A DNA stretch of 64,000 bases from Lepidodermella squamata. Its lineage: Eukaryota > Animalia > Gastrotricha. The notes below the pieces were generated by a model, which saw only the letters and a program-made list of their open reading frames with translations, made no database searches and had not been told where the DNA came from. The translations under genes were made by a program, and so were the position numbers. The DNA is taken from contig JBLDXI010000042.1 in NCBI GenBank assembly GCA_047495785.1, forward strand, positions 3,162,001-3,226,000, in the 5' to 3' direction. Shown piece by piece: positions 50,401 to 62,600 of this stretch; the first letter of the stretch is position 1, and each line of letters starts with the position of its first letter.

Positions 50401-53400
50401 CGAACGCCGATGCTCCTCCGCCTTCCTCCCAACCAGATCTCTCGCAAGCTACAGCCCGCGGAATGCGACCATCGACCATAGTGATGCCCAGTAAGTCGAA
50501 ACCCACGTTAAAACTTGATAAAATTTCGGAGGAATGAACCCGCAAGCTTTCAATTTATTTGTGATCCTTTGTTATCCCGAACCTATATAAAATACCCATT
50601 ATTTAAACCTCGTATAATTTAAGCCGAATTTAATTGTATTGTGCCTTGAAATCAGTGGATGGACAAAGTTTTATCGACCCGAAAGCCCCCAAAACAGTCT
50701 TTCTACCTTCGATTCATGAAAGTAAATTTCTCGCTAAACGCTACGCTGGTTTATGGCTAGATCTTGACGCGTTTAATATATCATCTAATACGTCGTGACC
50801 CCCTTAAAAAATCTGCGATAATAATTTCAACAACAAAAAACATGCATGGTTTCCTGAGTGTTGTGTCTTGCTTCCTTCTTTGATAATATGAAAATAATTC
50901 GCATGCAGTTTTAACCCCGTCTTTACCCACCCTGCCCCGATAATTTTCAATGTTTGATGTGGCTTTAAAAAACTAGATAAAACTTATTCATAAACTACCT
51001 CACGTGAATGAACTCATTCGTCCTGTTCTATATAGCTCGTCTCCTTTTATAATAATTCGAATCTTCATATTATTTTTCTTCGAAATTTATATCTTTTTAT
51101 CTCCACCTGTTGTTTGTAGCAAACTTTATCGCAGGTTTTCAGAAGCCAAAGCCAGTACGTTTAATTTTAGTCTTTCAAAGCATCAAGCCTGAATCGTTCG
51201 ACTTTCTTCCTTTAATATATTAATTTAGGGAATAAAAAATGACCAATATTAGATGAAAAATCAAAATTTCGCCGCACTCTTATGGTCATTTTTAATTCTA
51301 AAAAATGAGAATAATTATATTCCTGATTACTATATTGTTCCGTGATGAATTTTACCTTCAATTTCAACACAGCGTTCCGCCGATTTAAATATGCATTTCT
51401 GTTAGTTGATTCATAATTAATTATTCGAATTTCACCTGTCTGTCTCACCTAGAGTTGTATGTGATTATTGTTTACCCAATGTTACAAATAATGTTAACTT
51501 TGACCGCGAACTTCTAAACTGTATAGGGTGTCTCATGCTGCGCAACCGAAGAAAGTCTAAAAACTGAGCTGATTTTTCATGATTATATTGTCCCAGGGTA
51601 TTTTAAATTCTGTGGAAAGGCTATTCAACAACAAAAATTCTCAAGCATGAGGAAAAATCCGAAAAAATCCAGTCGGGAGAGTTAAAATACTGAAAAATAC
51701 CGAAAACCATTCCGATCGGTTTTTTCGGGTTTTTCGGTAATTTTCGAATTTTTCTGGAAGATTGCAGAGAAAGGAAAAATATCCATCAAGTGGCTAAAAT
51801 TTGAAAAAGGTGAAGTCTTGAAATGCGACTTATGAGACACCCTGTAAATCTTTCCTATTTTCTAACAAAAAAATCCATTTCAAAATGTTGTTTGTTTGTT
51901 ACCCGACCACTATATAGGATAGAATACCTTGTCCCATATCTGTGTTTGTGCTGAGTAGTTTCTGTTAGAAAATATCGAAGTCCTTCAGTTTTTTCACCTC
52001 AATGACTGACTTTGTACTATATACTACCCCCATCAAACAGATAGCTCATCATCTTTGGAGGACGTTAAGCGTCGTGTTCGTGAATACGTCATGCGCCATT
52101 ACAGCCGAAGTGAAGCGTCCGGAGGCGCTGCATGGGTTCGTAATTTTCGCCAAAAAAAATCACATGACGTGAGTTGTTGAACGTCTATCTAGAATCAGCC
52201 GGCTGATAACGCGCCCTCAGTCCAGACGCCGGGCGATGACGCTAGACGGAACCAGGCAGCTCGCGAGGCGCTGACCGGGGCCACCGACCGGTTCGTTGGC
52301 CCGCCGGGTCCGCCGCGAGCCTGGGCGTCCTTCGTCTCGCAAACAGCAGCAAATAGCACGATTTTAGGCAGTAGTAACACTAGCTCGTTAACGTTACTAC
52401 CCCCGGCAACGGCGCCGGCTCCAAACTCGCAGGTGTACATGCCACGCCTGGCTGCGAGCCAAAAGCAGCAGTCTTCGTCGCAGCAGGTGATAATAAACAA
52501 ACGACAAGATGATCTTATTCTCGACGATAATTGCGAGTTGTCGTACTGCATTGATAAAAACGTTACTAAAACCACGGATACTAACCTGATTTTCCTCAGC
52601 CATGCACGCAATTTTTCGCGTAAAAAGCGAGGCCGTTCTGCTTATGTTTCTTCTGCTCCGATTGACTATAACAACACTAATCACCTCTTGCGATTTTAAT
52701 GTCTCAAAACATTCCGCCTATCAGTTATATATTCAGTGTGTGACTTGGTGTTTTTTGTGCAGAGTCGGCTTATTTATATAGGCATGAAATAGTAAATAGC
52801 ACACCGACTTTTCGTCAAATTGGTAATTAAACCTGTAGATAATAAAAATTAGATGTAGCCATCGAAAAATAGACAATAATTTCAATCCTTTAGATCCCTT
52901 AGGGAAAATTTCAAGAGCTTCGAATCGGGTCGTCTTTGGTTGTAACAAGAAAGATACCTTTTAGCAGAGGCAAATTTCAGCTGATTTTGATTTTTCATCA
53001 TAAAATACTGGAAAATTCCGAAAGTTCTCACTTTTTCAAAATTTGAACCTTTCCCATCCATTTTCTTCGATTTAAAAAAACTCGTTGGTAGTACTCGTTC
53101 GGCAATTATCGGTATTTTACCTGTTAGGAAAGAATTTTACGGAATTTTTGTAAAGTTTCATAGCTAATTCCCATTCTGCTGCAATTGATTTTTTGTAAAG
53201 AAAGGTCAAATTTCTCTACATTCTCATAAAATTCTCGAAACTTTTCGAAAACCTAATTCTTGAAATTCGGTCGGAGTCGAAATCTGGAATATTCCGAGGA
53301 TGACGCTGATCCTTTAAGGTACGGCGACAAAACAGCAACTTCGCAGAACAGCGAATGCGACAAAACAGCAAATTTTTTATTTCGCGACATAACAGCGAAA

Positions 53401-56400
53401 ACCTATAGATAACAGTGAAAGATGCATCGTGTTTCTGCTGTCATGTCGCAAGTTGAAAAAAGTTGCTGTTTTGTCGCGTTTTGGGTATCTGCTGTTATGA
53501 CGGTCTGCCGATTCTAAAATGCAAAAGAAATTGTTTGAAAAAACAGAAAAATATTTGAAAAAATAAAAATTGGCAAAATATTTCATTTGATGTTTAAAAT
53601 TTAAAAAAACTCAAGCTTGAAGTTTCCGTGGTTTTCAATAGTCTCTAACTTGATCAAATCTACCATACCTGATTCGAAGCTCTTGAGTTTGCGAAAAATA
53701 AAGAATTGAATTAGTTCGCACTCTCCATCGTGGACGAACCATGAAATATGTCACGCTTGCTTCCTGTAATTTTGTGTGAATTTTGCCATCGAAAAAATTA
53801 GTTCCGCAATAAAAAAGCTTGCATCGTCGTTATATAATTTAGTTGATCATTTAATTTCGATTTAATTTAATTTTGATTTGCTTATTGTTTTCTAACTCGT
53901 TTGAAGCTTATCTATCCTGGCATGGTCGGGCCGTTACCGACCGCCTCGCAACCGGCGCCAGCAGCAGCAGCCAGCGGCCCGTCACGGGCGTTCCGACAAG
54001 CAGTAGCGGCGGCGGCGAGCAGCGAAACACAGCCACTCCACCCGTCGTTATCGGAAGTGGCTACCAGCATCCGGCGGCAAATCGCAGCTTCGTCTTCGCA
54101 GGTGATAGCCCCGTTTTCGCACATCCGAGCGCTTCCTACAAACCCAACAACAACTTATCTTCATCCACCGCCATAACAGCTGCGGCTATTCTGACGGCTG
54201 TTAACAATCTGCACGCCCAGAATCCGACAAATTTCATCGAATCAAGAATTAGCAATAGCAACGTGACTTCATCGCAAACTGTCTTCCCACCTACACCCAA
54301 TTTGTTAATAACCCGAAATGACGTCACGTCTCACGCGGCTCACAATGTTGTCAGCAATTTAGTTGGTCAACAAAGTCAATTAATTATCGATACGACCTCA
54401 TCCCCAGCGTCTAATAGTAGTAATAACGTCCTGCCATCGCCAAGCCGCCGCTCGTCGATGCCGCCGTTGCCGTATACGCTTGAACGCAGCCATACTATGT
54501 TGGATTTTTCGCCGAATAGCCACGCGGCGACTGCGACGACGGGGGAAGTCGATGTGAATAAAGGGCTGGAGAGCACGTTGATTATTGAACGAATGACGAC
54601 GAATGCTCCGATTAACATCGACTCAGTGGCTGATTCTGTTCTTGCTCAAAGGTGGGTGTCGCTTCATGCTTTTAGCTCGGGTTTCTTTAGCTGCTTTATT
54701 TCAAGTTTTCACTTCACACCGAGAAGTTCATGGACATTTTAAAAATTGTTGAACATCATTTTTTCAATCAGAGATTTGAAATTTTGAAGAAATTAAAAAA
54801 TAAGTTGCCCGAACACCAAAAAACCTTTTTACCACACAATGAGGATTTCTATCGGATCCTAACGTTCGCCAATATTTCCAATGAATTTCCTTGGTAACAG
54901 ATCTCACTTGGAAATTTTGAACCTGATAATAGTTTTGAACCATGTTTCCGGAATGGCGTTTTTCCGAGTAATATAACTCAAACAAGGCAAAATTGTAATT
55001 TTGGCCCGCGAGCAGGATACCAAAAATGGTGAGACTAATTTCATCGAAAAGGCCAACATTTGAACGAAATTATCAGAAATTGAATCCATTTCCAAGTTAG
55101 CCTCAGGATTTGAAAAACAGGACCTGGTTATTGTCAAATCCTACACAGGGAATCGATTCACCAATATCTGTTAGATTCCGAAGCAATTTTGTGAACTAGT
55201 TTTCGTTCAACTCTACATCCCCGGGTGGCTATTTTCCATAAATCTTTGGAATTATGTTGTGTAAATATTAGGGTGGCTCTTTGAGGGTTATCCTTATCCG
55301 TATTGCTTATCATGAGGTACTAGGAATTGGGGCAAACGGACATCAATTCAAACCCACCCAAGGCTTTGGAAACTATTCCAGGCTATACGTTTGATTTTTG
55401 GGCAAACCGATGTCGGATAATTGAATGTAAATGTTTGATTGTCCGATGAAATCAGTCATGTGTCGTATTAATTAGGACATATTGGATGAATCGAATGAAA
55501 ATTGTGCTATCTTATTATATCCTAATTTTTAGGACCTAAATTTTGATTAAATTTCGGAGCTTTCTTATCGGGGCGACGGGTGGGGGAGGAAGGGGAAGGT
55601 TTTGCATGATCGGCTTCTGTCGCGGCCGTTCAATTTTCTCGAAAAAGCGCATTGATTCGAATGATTTTAAAATGTTAAATTAAAGTCGACTGGAATGCTG
55701 AAATTTGATTATGAAGCGAAATAATCCTAATCTTAGGCTATGATTCTCGAGGTGAGGTGAAACATGAATTGGCTTTTCAAGTAGTAGTAGTAGACAAGTG
55801 TTGTATCTTCATTTATCATTATTTATTTTTATTTTGCTTTGATTTCATTGTTGTAGCGATCAATACGTGCCGTCAAATGAGGCAAACCCGCATAACCCAT
55901 CCCACCGCAATCTTCGTTATCACCCATTCAGTGGGAATCGCCCATCGACCAACCGGCGAAATAACGCTGAGGTCTTTATTTAATGACCCTAATTCGCTTA
56001 TTATCAATAAATAACCCACCGCAAAGCCCGTTGCACATGGAGCTTTTTTAATTTTTAATATAATTTTTTCAATAACACAACCCGGTTTTACTTTTTTAGT
56101 GGATTTGTGCATGTGAATTTTATTGATTTTTTCGGTTTTTTTTGCAGCATTTGTCCCGAACCTTATATCAGGGCAGGCCCGGCCTCAATCACGGGGCCGA
56201 CGGCGGATTCCCATCGCCCCAACAATCTGCAGCAGCCCTAGCCCTGCCGGCGTCTTCCCAACCGCCGAACAGCTTGTCTACTACTGCTCAGGCATCGAAC
56301 CCTCAACCGGGCAAAGTTGGCCTGGCCTACGCTATCGTTGGAGCTAGCGTTCTACCGCCCAGCCCGTTGCTAGCAACAGCAGCCAGTCCTAGCAACAACA

Positions 56401-56528
56401 ACACCGATTACCATAACCACATCGCCAATTTGTACTCACCGTTCCATCGCCGTTATAGCATTCCGCAAAAATTTATAAATAATTATTCCAGCCATCTTAA
56501 TAATTCCGAAGACAATTCTAAGCAATAA
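44429..56528 (+). CDS. AGBL2: Cytosolic carboxypeptidase 2/3 (tubulin deglutamylase family) with a long low-complexity, probably alternatively spliced C-terminus
   Basis: N-terminal [17 protein letters not shown] (AGBL2-type), [25 protein letters not shown]. Intact M14 zinc and catalytic motifs [38 protein letters not shown]. Candidate downstream exons (several checked for phase) at about 47499, 48229, 50268, 52022, 52193, 53.9k, 55857 and 56149-56528. Confidence 0.88.
49185..49720. mobile_element. piggyBac-type MITE in an AGBL intron
   Basis: CCCTTTCACGGCC...GGCTATGAAAGGG-TTAA termini; the left TTAA is slightly degenerate. Confidence 0.7.
51524..51844. mobile_element. Tc1/mariner-type MITE in an AGBL intron
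   Basis: TA-TAGGGTGTCTCAT...ATGAGACACCCTG-TA termini. Confidence 0.78.
53318..53509. mobile_element. Foldback MITE with GG...CC ends and GCGACAAAACAGCAA repeats
   Basis: Repeated GCGACA.AACAGC units on the left arm are mirrored on the right arm. The flanks are only weakly duplicated. Confidence 0.65.
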
Positions 56529-58283
56529 ATTTTTGTTCACACACATTTGACCGAATCTCACACATTTATTCTGCTGTTTTCATTCCTTCTAAAAATCGAT
56601 ATTATATTTTCGTAAATTACGACCTAAAATCTAAATTTTGCTGTACAAAATTGTGCTTGTGTGTCGTTTTTTTGTTTGAAATTGCAGTTCATTAATTTAT
56701 ATTAATTGATATAATGGAAAAGATTTGCTGAAAATAAACACGAATGTGAAGGTCATTGTTATTTGTGTAACATCATGGCGATACGTGTGGGCTAAAATGG
56801 CGTAACTTCGAACCTGTTCCGCTGCGTGATTTGATTGAGAACCGGTGCTTGAAATGTTCATTTTAATTTGAATAATGTTCGGTGATGCGCGAAGTCTTAC
56901 GCAAGAGGCGGATCCCGGTACAACCTGTTGAAACTATAATTAAAAGACCATTGTCCAAAATGTTCAGAAAAGCTCAAAAAGTGACGCTCTGAATACTGGC
57001 CAGAGGTACAAAAAGGTCCACTATTATGCCATATGCAGTTATTTTTCACCTCTCGGCCCACTTCTCCAGCTGGTGGAAAAGAAGGAAAAATAAGCTTCCA
57101 GGAATTTTCCAGCTGGACAGGAAAATTTTGAAATGCCCAATTCCTGGTAAAAATAGGCGGTAAATGAGGTGGTTTTGAGGTACAATCTTGTCCACTTTGA
57201 GGCACAATCTTGTCCAGTTGCGGAATTTACTTCAAGTCGCGTGGTAAATTTATTTTAAGCACCAGCCTCATCAATGAACGGAAGTTCGATTCCACGGGGC
57301 TCTGCTACTTTTTTCTTCGTTGACGTGTGATAGCAAAATCGAAATTATTCTTGGCATTTTTTTGTCCCGTGCTCCTTGAGTTTTGAAGCGATGAATCGGA
57401 CAAAATGTACAAGTTTTAAGAACATGTGAGAACAGCGGCGAAAGGGTCTGAAGGGGAAAAAACATTCTATAAAAAGACGGGAAAATTGTTGACCGCTGTT
57501 CCTCCTTCACGCTACAAAGCCATAAACACCGGTAAACACATAATTTTTCATCCGCTTTGGTCACATCTCAACAACCGTCTGATGTACGTTGCTCGCCTCG
57601 CATATGATGCAGGCCTGGGAAATTGAATTAACCAAAAGTAAATCATTTATAACCGAAATTTAAATCTGACTTTCGAACGCGTGATGAATTATCGCTCTCA
57701 TCAAGTGGCCGTTACAAAAGTTACCGGCTTTTTATCATTATTTTCCTAGAAATTTGCTTTGGGCAATATTGTATAGCAGCTGTAAGATTGGTTGCACGAT
57801 TAAGGTTCAAGCCATCGTGGAAAAATAGTGTCACTTGCAAGATCTGGCAATAGCAACGATTAATTAAGTTATATGATTATTTTGAACTTGTTACAATTGT
57901 TTGCCCCCATGAAACTTATCAGTTTGTCGGGTAAGGAAAGTGATGGCTAAATCAAATTGAAAGGCGTCAATTAGATTAAGAGACAGACTGTTATTAATAG
58001 CTTCCAATGTAGGCACACATTTCGGACGATTGTACTTCGCTAATTGTTCCGAATTGCCGCTAGACGCTAGTTTCATAGATGATTTCGTAGATGTATTTCG
58101 GCGCTGTCATGAGGTCGCAATATTTGACGTGACCGAATTTTCGGATGACCGAAGTCAAACAAGGTATCCGGAACAATGCAAGTGATTTCCGCGAATCCAA
58201 GGCGTGACTTGTTTTACCCAATTGTACCAACCGCGAGTAAGACATGAACTCAGCGCAGTTCATTCAACAAATAATTGTTAACA

Positions 58284-58765
58284 ATGTTTCACGTTTTCCG
58301 CCTCATTGCGATCACCGCATCCATTAGCGCAGCACTGGGGGCTGAATCCAAGTTCGATGCCGATCTGCTACTAAGTGCTTTGGCGAAACAAGCTGGTCAA
58401 GAAGATTCATCCCTTCGCATGGTTCAGTCGGCGATTAAGCGATATCTTGCAGGCAAAAAAGATGGGTCTACGACTATGCGGCCTGAAACTCATCTTCAAA
58501 GTAAAAATTTGAAAATTAATAATCCGCCTTAATATTTTTTGTTCAATCAGGAATAATCGCAAAATCTTTGCTCAGTGGCGATAAGGATCAGATGCGGAAT
58601 TTGTCTCAGAAAATGCACGCGGCTGAGCGGAAATGCCGCTTCGAGTCGTGCATGGCCGTTTTCCAACATTCGCACAGCATTTGCTCGGGAACCGGCGCGT
58701 TCTACATGTGGGCGCATAAAATCGCCCGGCAAATGCTCAATCGAAAATGCGAAAAACTAATGTGA
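58284..58765 (+). CDS. Orphan secreted protein (143 aa), prepropeptide-like; exons 58284-58500 and 58551-58765
   Basis: Hydrophobic signal peptide MFHVFRLIAITASISAALG-A. A phase-1 GT-AG intron of 50 nt joins two ORFs in frame. Contains KR-YLAG-KK and a C-terminal segment with 4 Cys after RK. Confidence 0.7.
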
Positions 58766-59670
58766 TACCGCGACCCATTTTTCACTTTTTTTCCTGTGAT
58801 TCACTTATCGCACCTTCCTCGATACTCGCTGTACATAAAAAAAACCGATTTTTCATCATTCAATCTTTCCGATCCCGTTTCTTCAAACACAAAAAATTCA
58901 CATTATTACTTATTTATTTTCAATCTTTTGTTCATTTGCTTCAAATCAATCGCAGCCGGAGCAAGGTAAATGACTGCTCTATTAATTCAACAATCATTAA
59001 CAATGATCGTCACTTGTCATACTTTTGTAACAATACGTTCCTTCCTTTGCTCGAGAATTTGCAAGTTCAACATGTTATTATTATTAGAGATAAAAAAAAC
59101 TGAGAAAATTTTGCAATTTTATACAAACAACGAAACCGAACAACCGACGAAAAGAACGCGAATCTTACGTAATATATGAAGCTTTTTCTCATCTCTTCGC
59201 CGAGCAGTGATATGTATATACTTATTGATGTCGCAGTCAGATTTGTTCACGAATAAAATGGACCAGTGGTAAACGCGATTTTTGTGTCCTTCAATACGTC
59301 GTCTTTTGAGATGAATAATATTAAGTATAGGCAACACCGCACAATGACAAGACAGCAGTTATAATTTTTCAAGGAAAAAACAACAAGAAAAATGAGAGAA
59401 CAGCAGGTGATACTTTTTTCAATACCGCAGGGCAGACACAACACGGAGAAAACGCATTTGCTTGGTTTAATTTTGATATTATAGGAAGAAGGCAAAAATG
59501 AGGTATTCAATCTTTCAGCTGGTTAAGTAATATTGAGTCAATTTTCGAGGAAGCAGACCAAAAAATGACTTGATTTAGAATTTTAGCTCCATTTATTTTG
59601 TATTGTCGTCTCAAGTGATGTGCAATTTTTCATGATTGAGAACAAATCCGCCTTAAAAAATTGATTTTGT

Positions 59671-62600
59671 TCACGCGTATCTATACATTTTGACCGAATC
59701 ATTGCCTAGATCAGCGACCAGAACGGTTTGCCCGTCGCGGCTGCACGCCAGACCAGCTGGCCGCCGCAGTTTATCCTCGTGGCTGTCAATCGTCGATATC
59801 AGCTGGTACTGCGAGTTGAACACCTCGACAACAGACCGGCCACGCTCGGATCGCGTCGCCAAAATGTTGCCGTGCACATCCGTCGCCACGCCGCCGTACG
59901 ACCCGGCAACGGCCTGCTTCTGGCTAGGCGCACTCGCCGCCCCGGGCGACTCAACGTGCCGCACCAGTTCGCCGGTCGCCAGCGAGAAAATGAGTAGTTT
60001 CGAATCGGAACACACGAGATGCCCGTCGCCGGTCACCGCGAGGCCGCACAGCATTTTAAACTGTGATTTAACGCCGATTTTACCCAGCAATTTACCCATT
60101 CGATCGAATTTAAACACGCAGCCGGCGCCGTTATCCGCGACCAACACGCCTTTACCGTTGTCGATGCTCGCAATCGCGACGGGTTCTTTGAACTCGGTAT
60201 GCGTGAACTGGTGTAGAATTTGACCAGACGGCGATGCGCTCAACTCGGTGACAGCGCACGTTCGCCAGTTGATTAGTAGAATTGACTGTTGCCCGCTCAG
60301 TGCCATCGACGTGCAAGACTGGCCGGTGAGGCACTGCGCGGTTATTTGATACTTGTGATTCAGCTCCGGGGTTAGCACGCAGATACGGCAGTTTCCGGTG
60401 TCTAACACGAAAACCTGGCCGTTCGGGTCGACGCAGACGGCAGTTGGCTGGAATAATTTGTCCGGCGGCGTGACGAGATTGGTCGCGGGCAGCGTCGCGT
60501 TGCACGACGCGACTGAAAGAGGCAGCGATGCGAGCGAGGACGATTGCGACAGCGAGCCGCAGCTGTTTTGCGGCTGCAACGGCGGCAACGTGCCACAGCA
60601 GCCTGTCGACGATTTGCCGCCAACTTTCGCCAGCGGGTTGTTGTGGTCGTTCGATTCGAAGTAGAAGGGCGAGCCTTTGATAGGCCGGTCGAATATCGTC
60701 ACTGTCAGGCGATGCCGGCCGGCCTCTTGCGGGCGGAAATGCATCTTGTAGGTACCGTTTTGAAGGTCGACCAACCGCACCGGAATTTCGCCCTCGATGT
60801 TCGACGGCCCGCAGAGGACAGCTTTAACCGGGTCGCCGCCCTGCGTTCGGGGTTTGCCTCGATAGTCGACCGTGAACAGCGTAACAGTTGTCGATAGGTT
60901 CGTAGTCACCGACGGCCTAACCACCGCCGTGCACAGGGCCGGGAAAGTTGTCGAGATGTCAAGTCTACCGAAATTGCCCAACGCCCTCTGCAAATCTTGC
61001 AATGCCGTATTGTGATAGTAATCGTAGCGAATGAACGCGTTTTCACGAGGTTCGGCGAGGAGGGCGACCGAGTCGACGCGTTCGTTCAACTCGCTGATTC
61101 GCTTCGACAGCGATCGAACTTCCATTTTGCATGGGAACGAGTCGTTCGATACGTCCGAGCATTGTCGCTGCTGTTGCGCGATTATGTCGAGTTGTTCCTC
61201 GAGAACGCGCTTCTTTTCATTGAAAATCGCCCGAAGGTTCTGCAACACATCACCTTTTCGCTTCTCAACGATTCGAAGCACCTGAAAAATAATTTAAAAT
61301 TTAAGGTTGATGAGAAATAGAATTTTATTTCAATTTAAAAATGTGATTAAAAAATCCTCCTTAACCATTTCAGAGTATTTTTATTTTTAATTCTTCAACT
61401 TCATTATATTCCAAAATCAATTGTCTCATTATTCCCGGTTGTTACACGTTATCAGCTAGAAGCGTTATTTTTCAGGAATATTTTAATATTTCAAGAGAGA
61501 AAATGCGAGAAATATTGAAAACCCGATTTTCGGTTAATTCTGTATTTTATGCAAAATTTGCAATGCTTCCAGGGAACGTTTGCATTTCTAGATTTTTAGA
61601 ATATGGAACATAATGTAAGAGGCCTGAATCGAGCTTTTAGGAGAAGAAAATGTGATAAGCGAGCGACGATTTTTGATTATTTTAACTGAAAAGTGATGGA
61701 AAATTCTCAGAAATGCTTTAAAATGATGGAAATTTCGGAAAAATTTCCACAGGACGCACGTTTTTCAGCTTTAATGGGCTTTATCTAGGCATAAAAATTG
61801 GAAATTGCTATTTTGATGTAAGGTATATTTTGTGTTTGATAAGACTGAACGATGGAATAATTATATTATCAATACCTAATCCCAATTCCCATAATTCGTG
61901 ATTATTCATCTTTCTTTAAATCCTTGTTTTTTTCGAACGCGAGTGTTGAAAAATGAACTGACAATATCCACCTTAATCCGTTCATTCACAGCAGGGCTTT
62001 AATACTGAGCGTGTATACTGAGTTTTTGCCAACCGGCCCAATGGTACACATTATTTTATAAGGCCGATCGCAGAACAGATGCGAGTTATTTTTCGGGATA
62101 CGCCTAAATAAATCTGAATCACATGCGTTGTGAATGTGTTCTAGAGCTGCTACACTTTATGCCAACAGCTTAAAATGTAGTGGGCAAATAAACACACGCC
62201 AATTTATCGTCTCATTAGCCGCTATTATTTGTTTGCGAGCGCGTTTTTTGTTATTCTGCCTAGGCCGGTTACGTAAACACCATATGTCCGGCGATTGAGC
62301 GGAAAACAAAATTCACCAGCGCGGTTTATACTCACTATAATGATGATGTATTATACCAGACTACAGAATATTATTCCAGCAAACAATAAATATTGATTAC
62401 CTCTTCAAACGAAGCGCAAATGGCCTCTTCGGTGCGCTGGCCGGCCTCTTCAAGCCGTTTTATCTCCTCGCGGACCGAATCGGCGGCCGAGTCGAGCGAC
62501 GACTGGCACAGCCGCGCCTTGTACTGCACGATCTCCGACATGCGTTTGAGGGCGACCGAGAACGGCACCACCGTGTGCCCAGCTGCGCCGCGGCCCGCGT

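Noticed and set aside
59690-61320. Long + strand ORFs antisense to the TRIM-NHL exon (similar cases at 11277-11858, 18197-18706, 33778-34242)
   Set aside because: Shadow ORFs caused by GC-rich codon usage in the real gene; no independent motifs.
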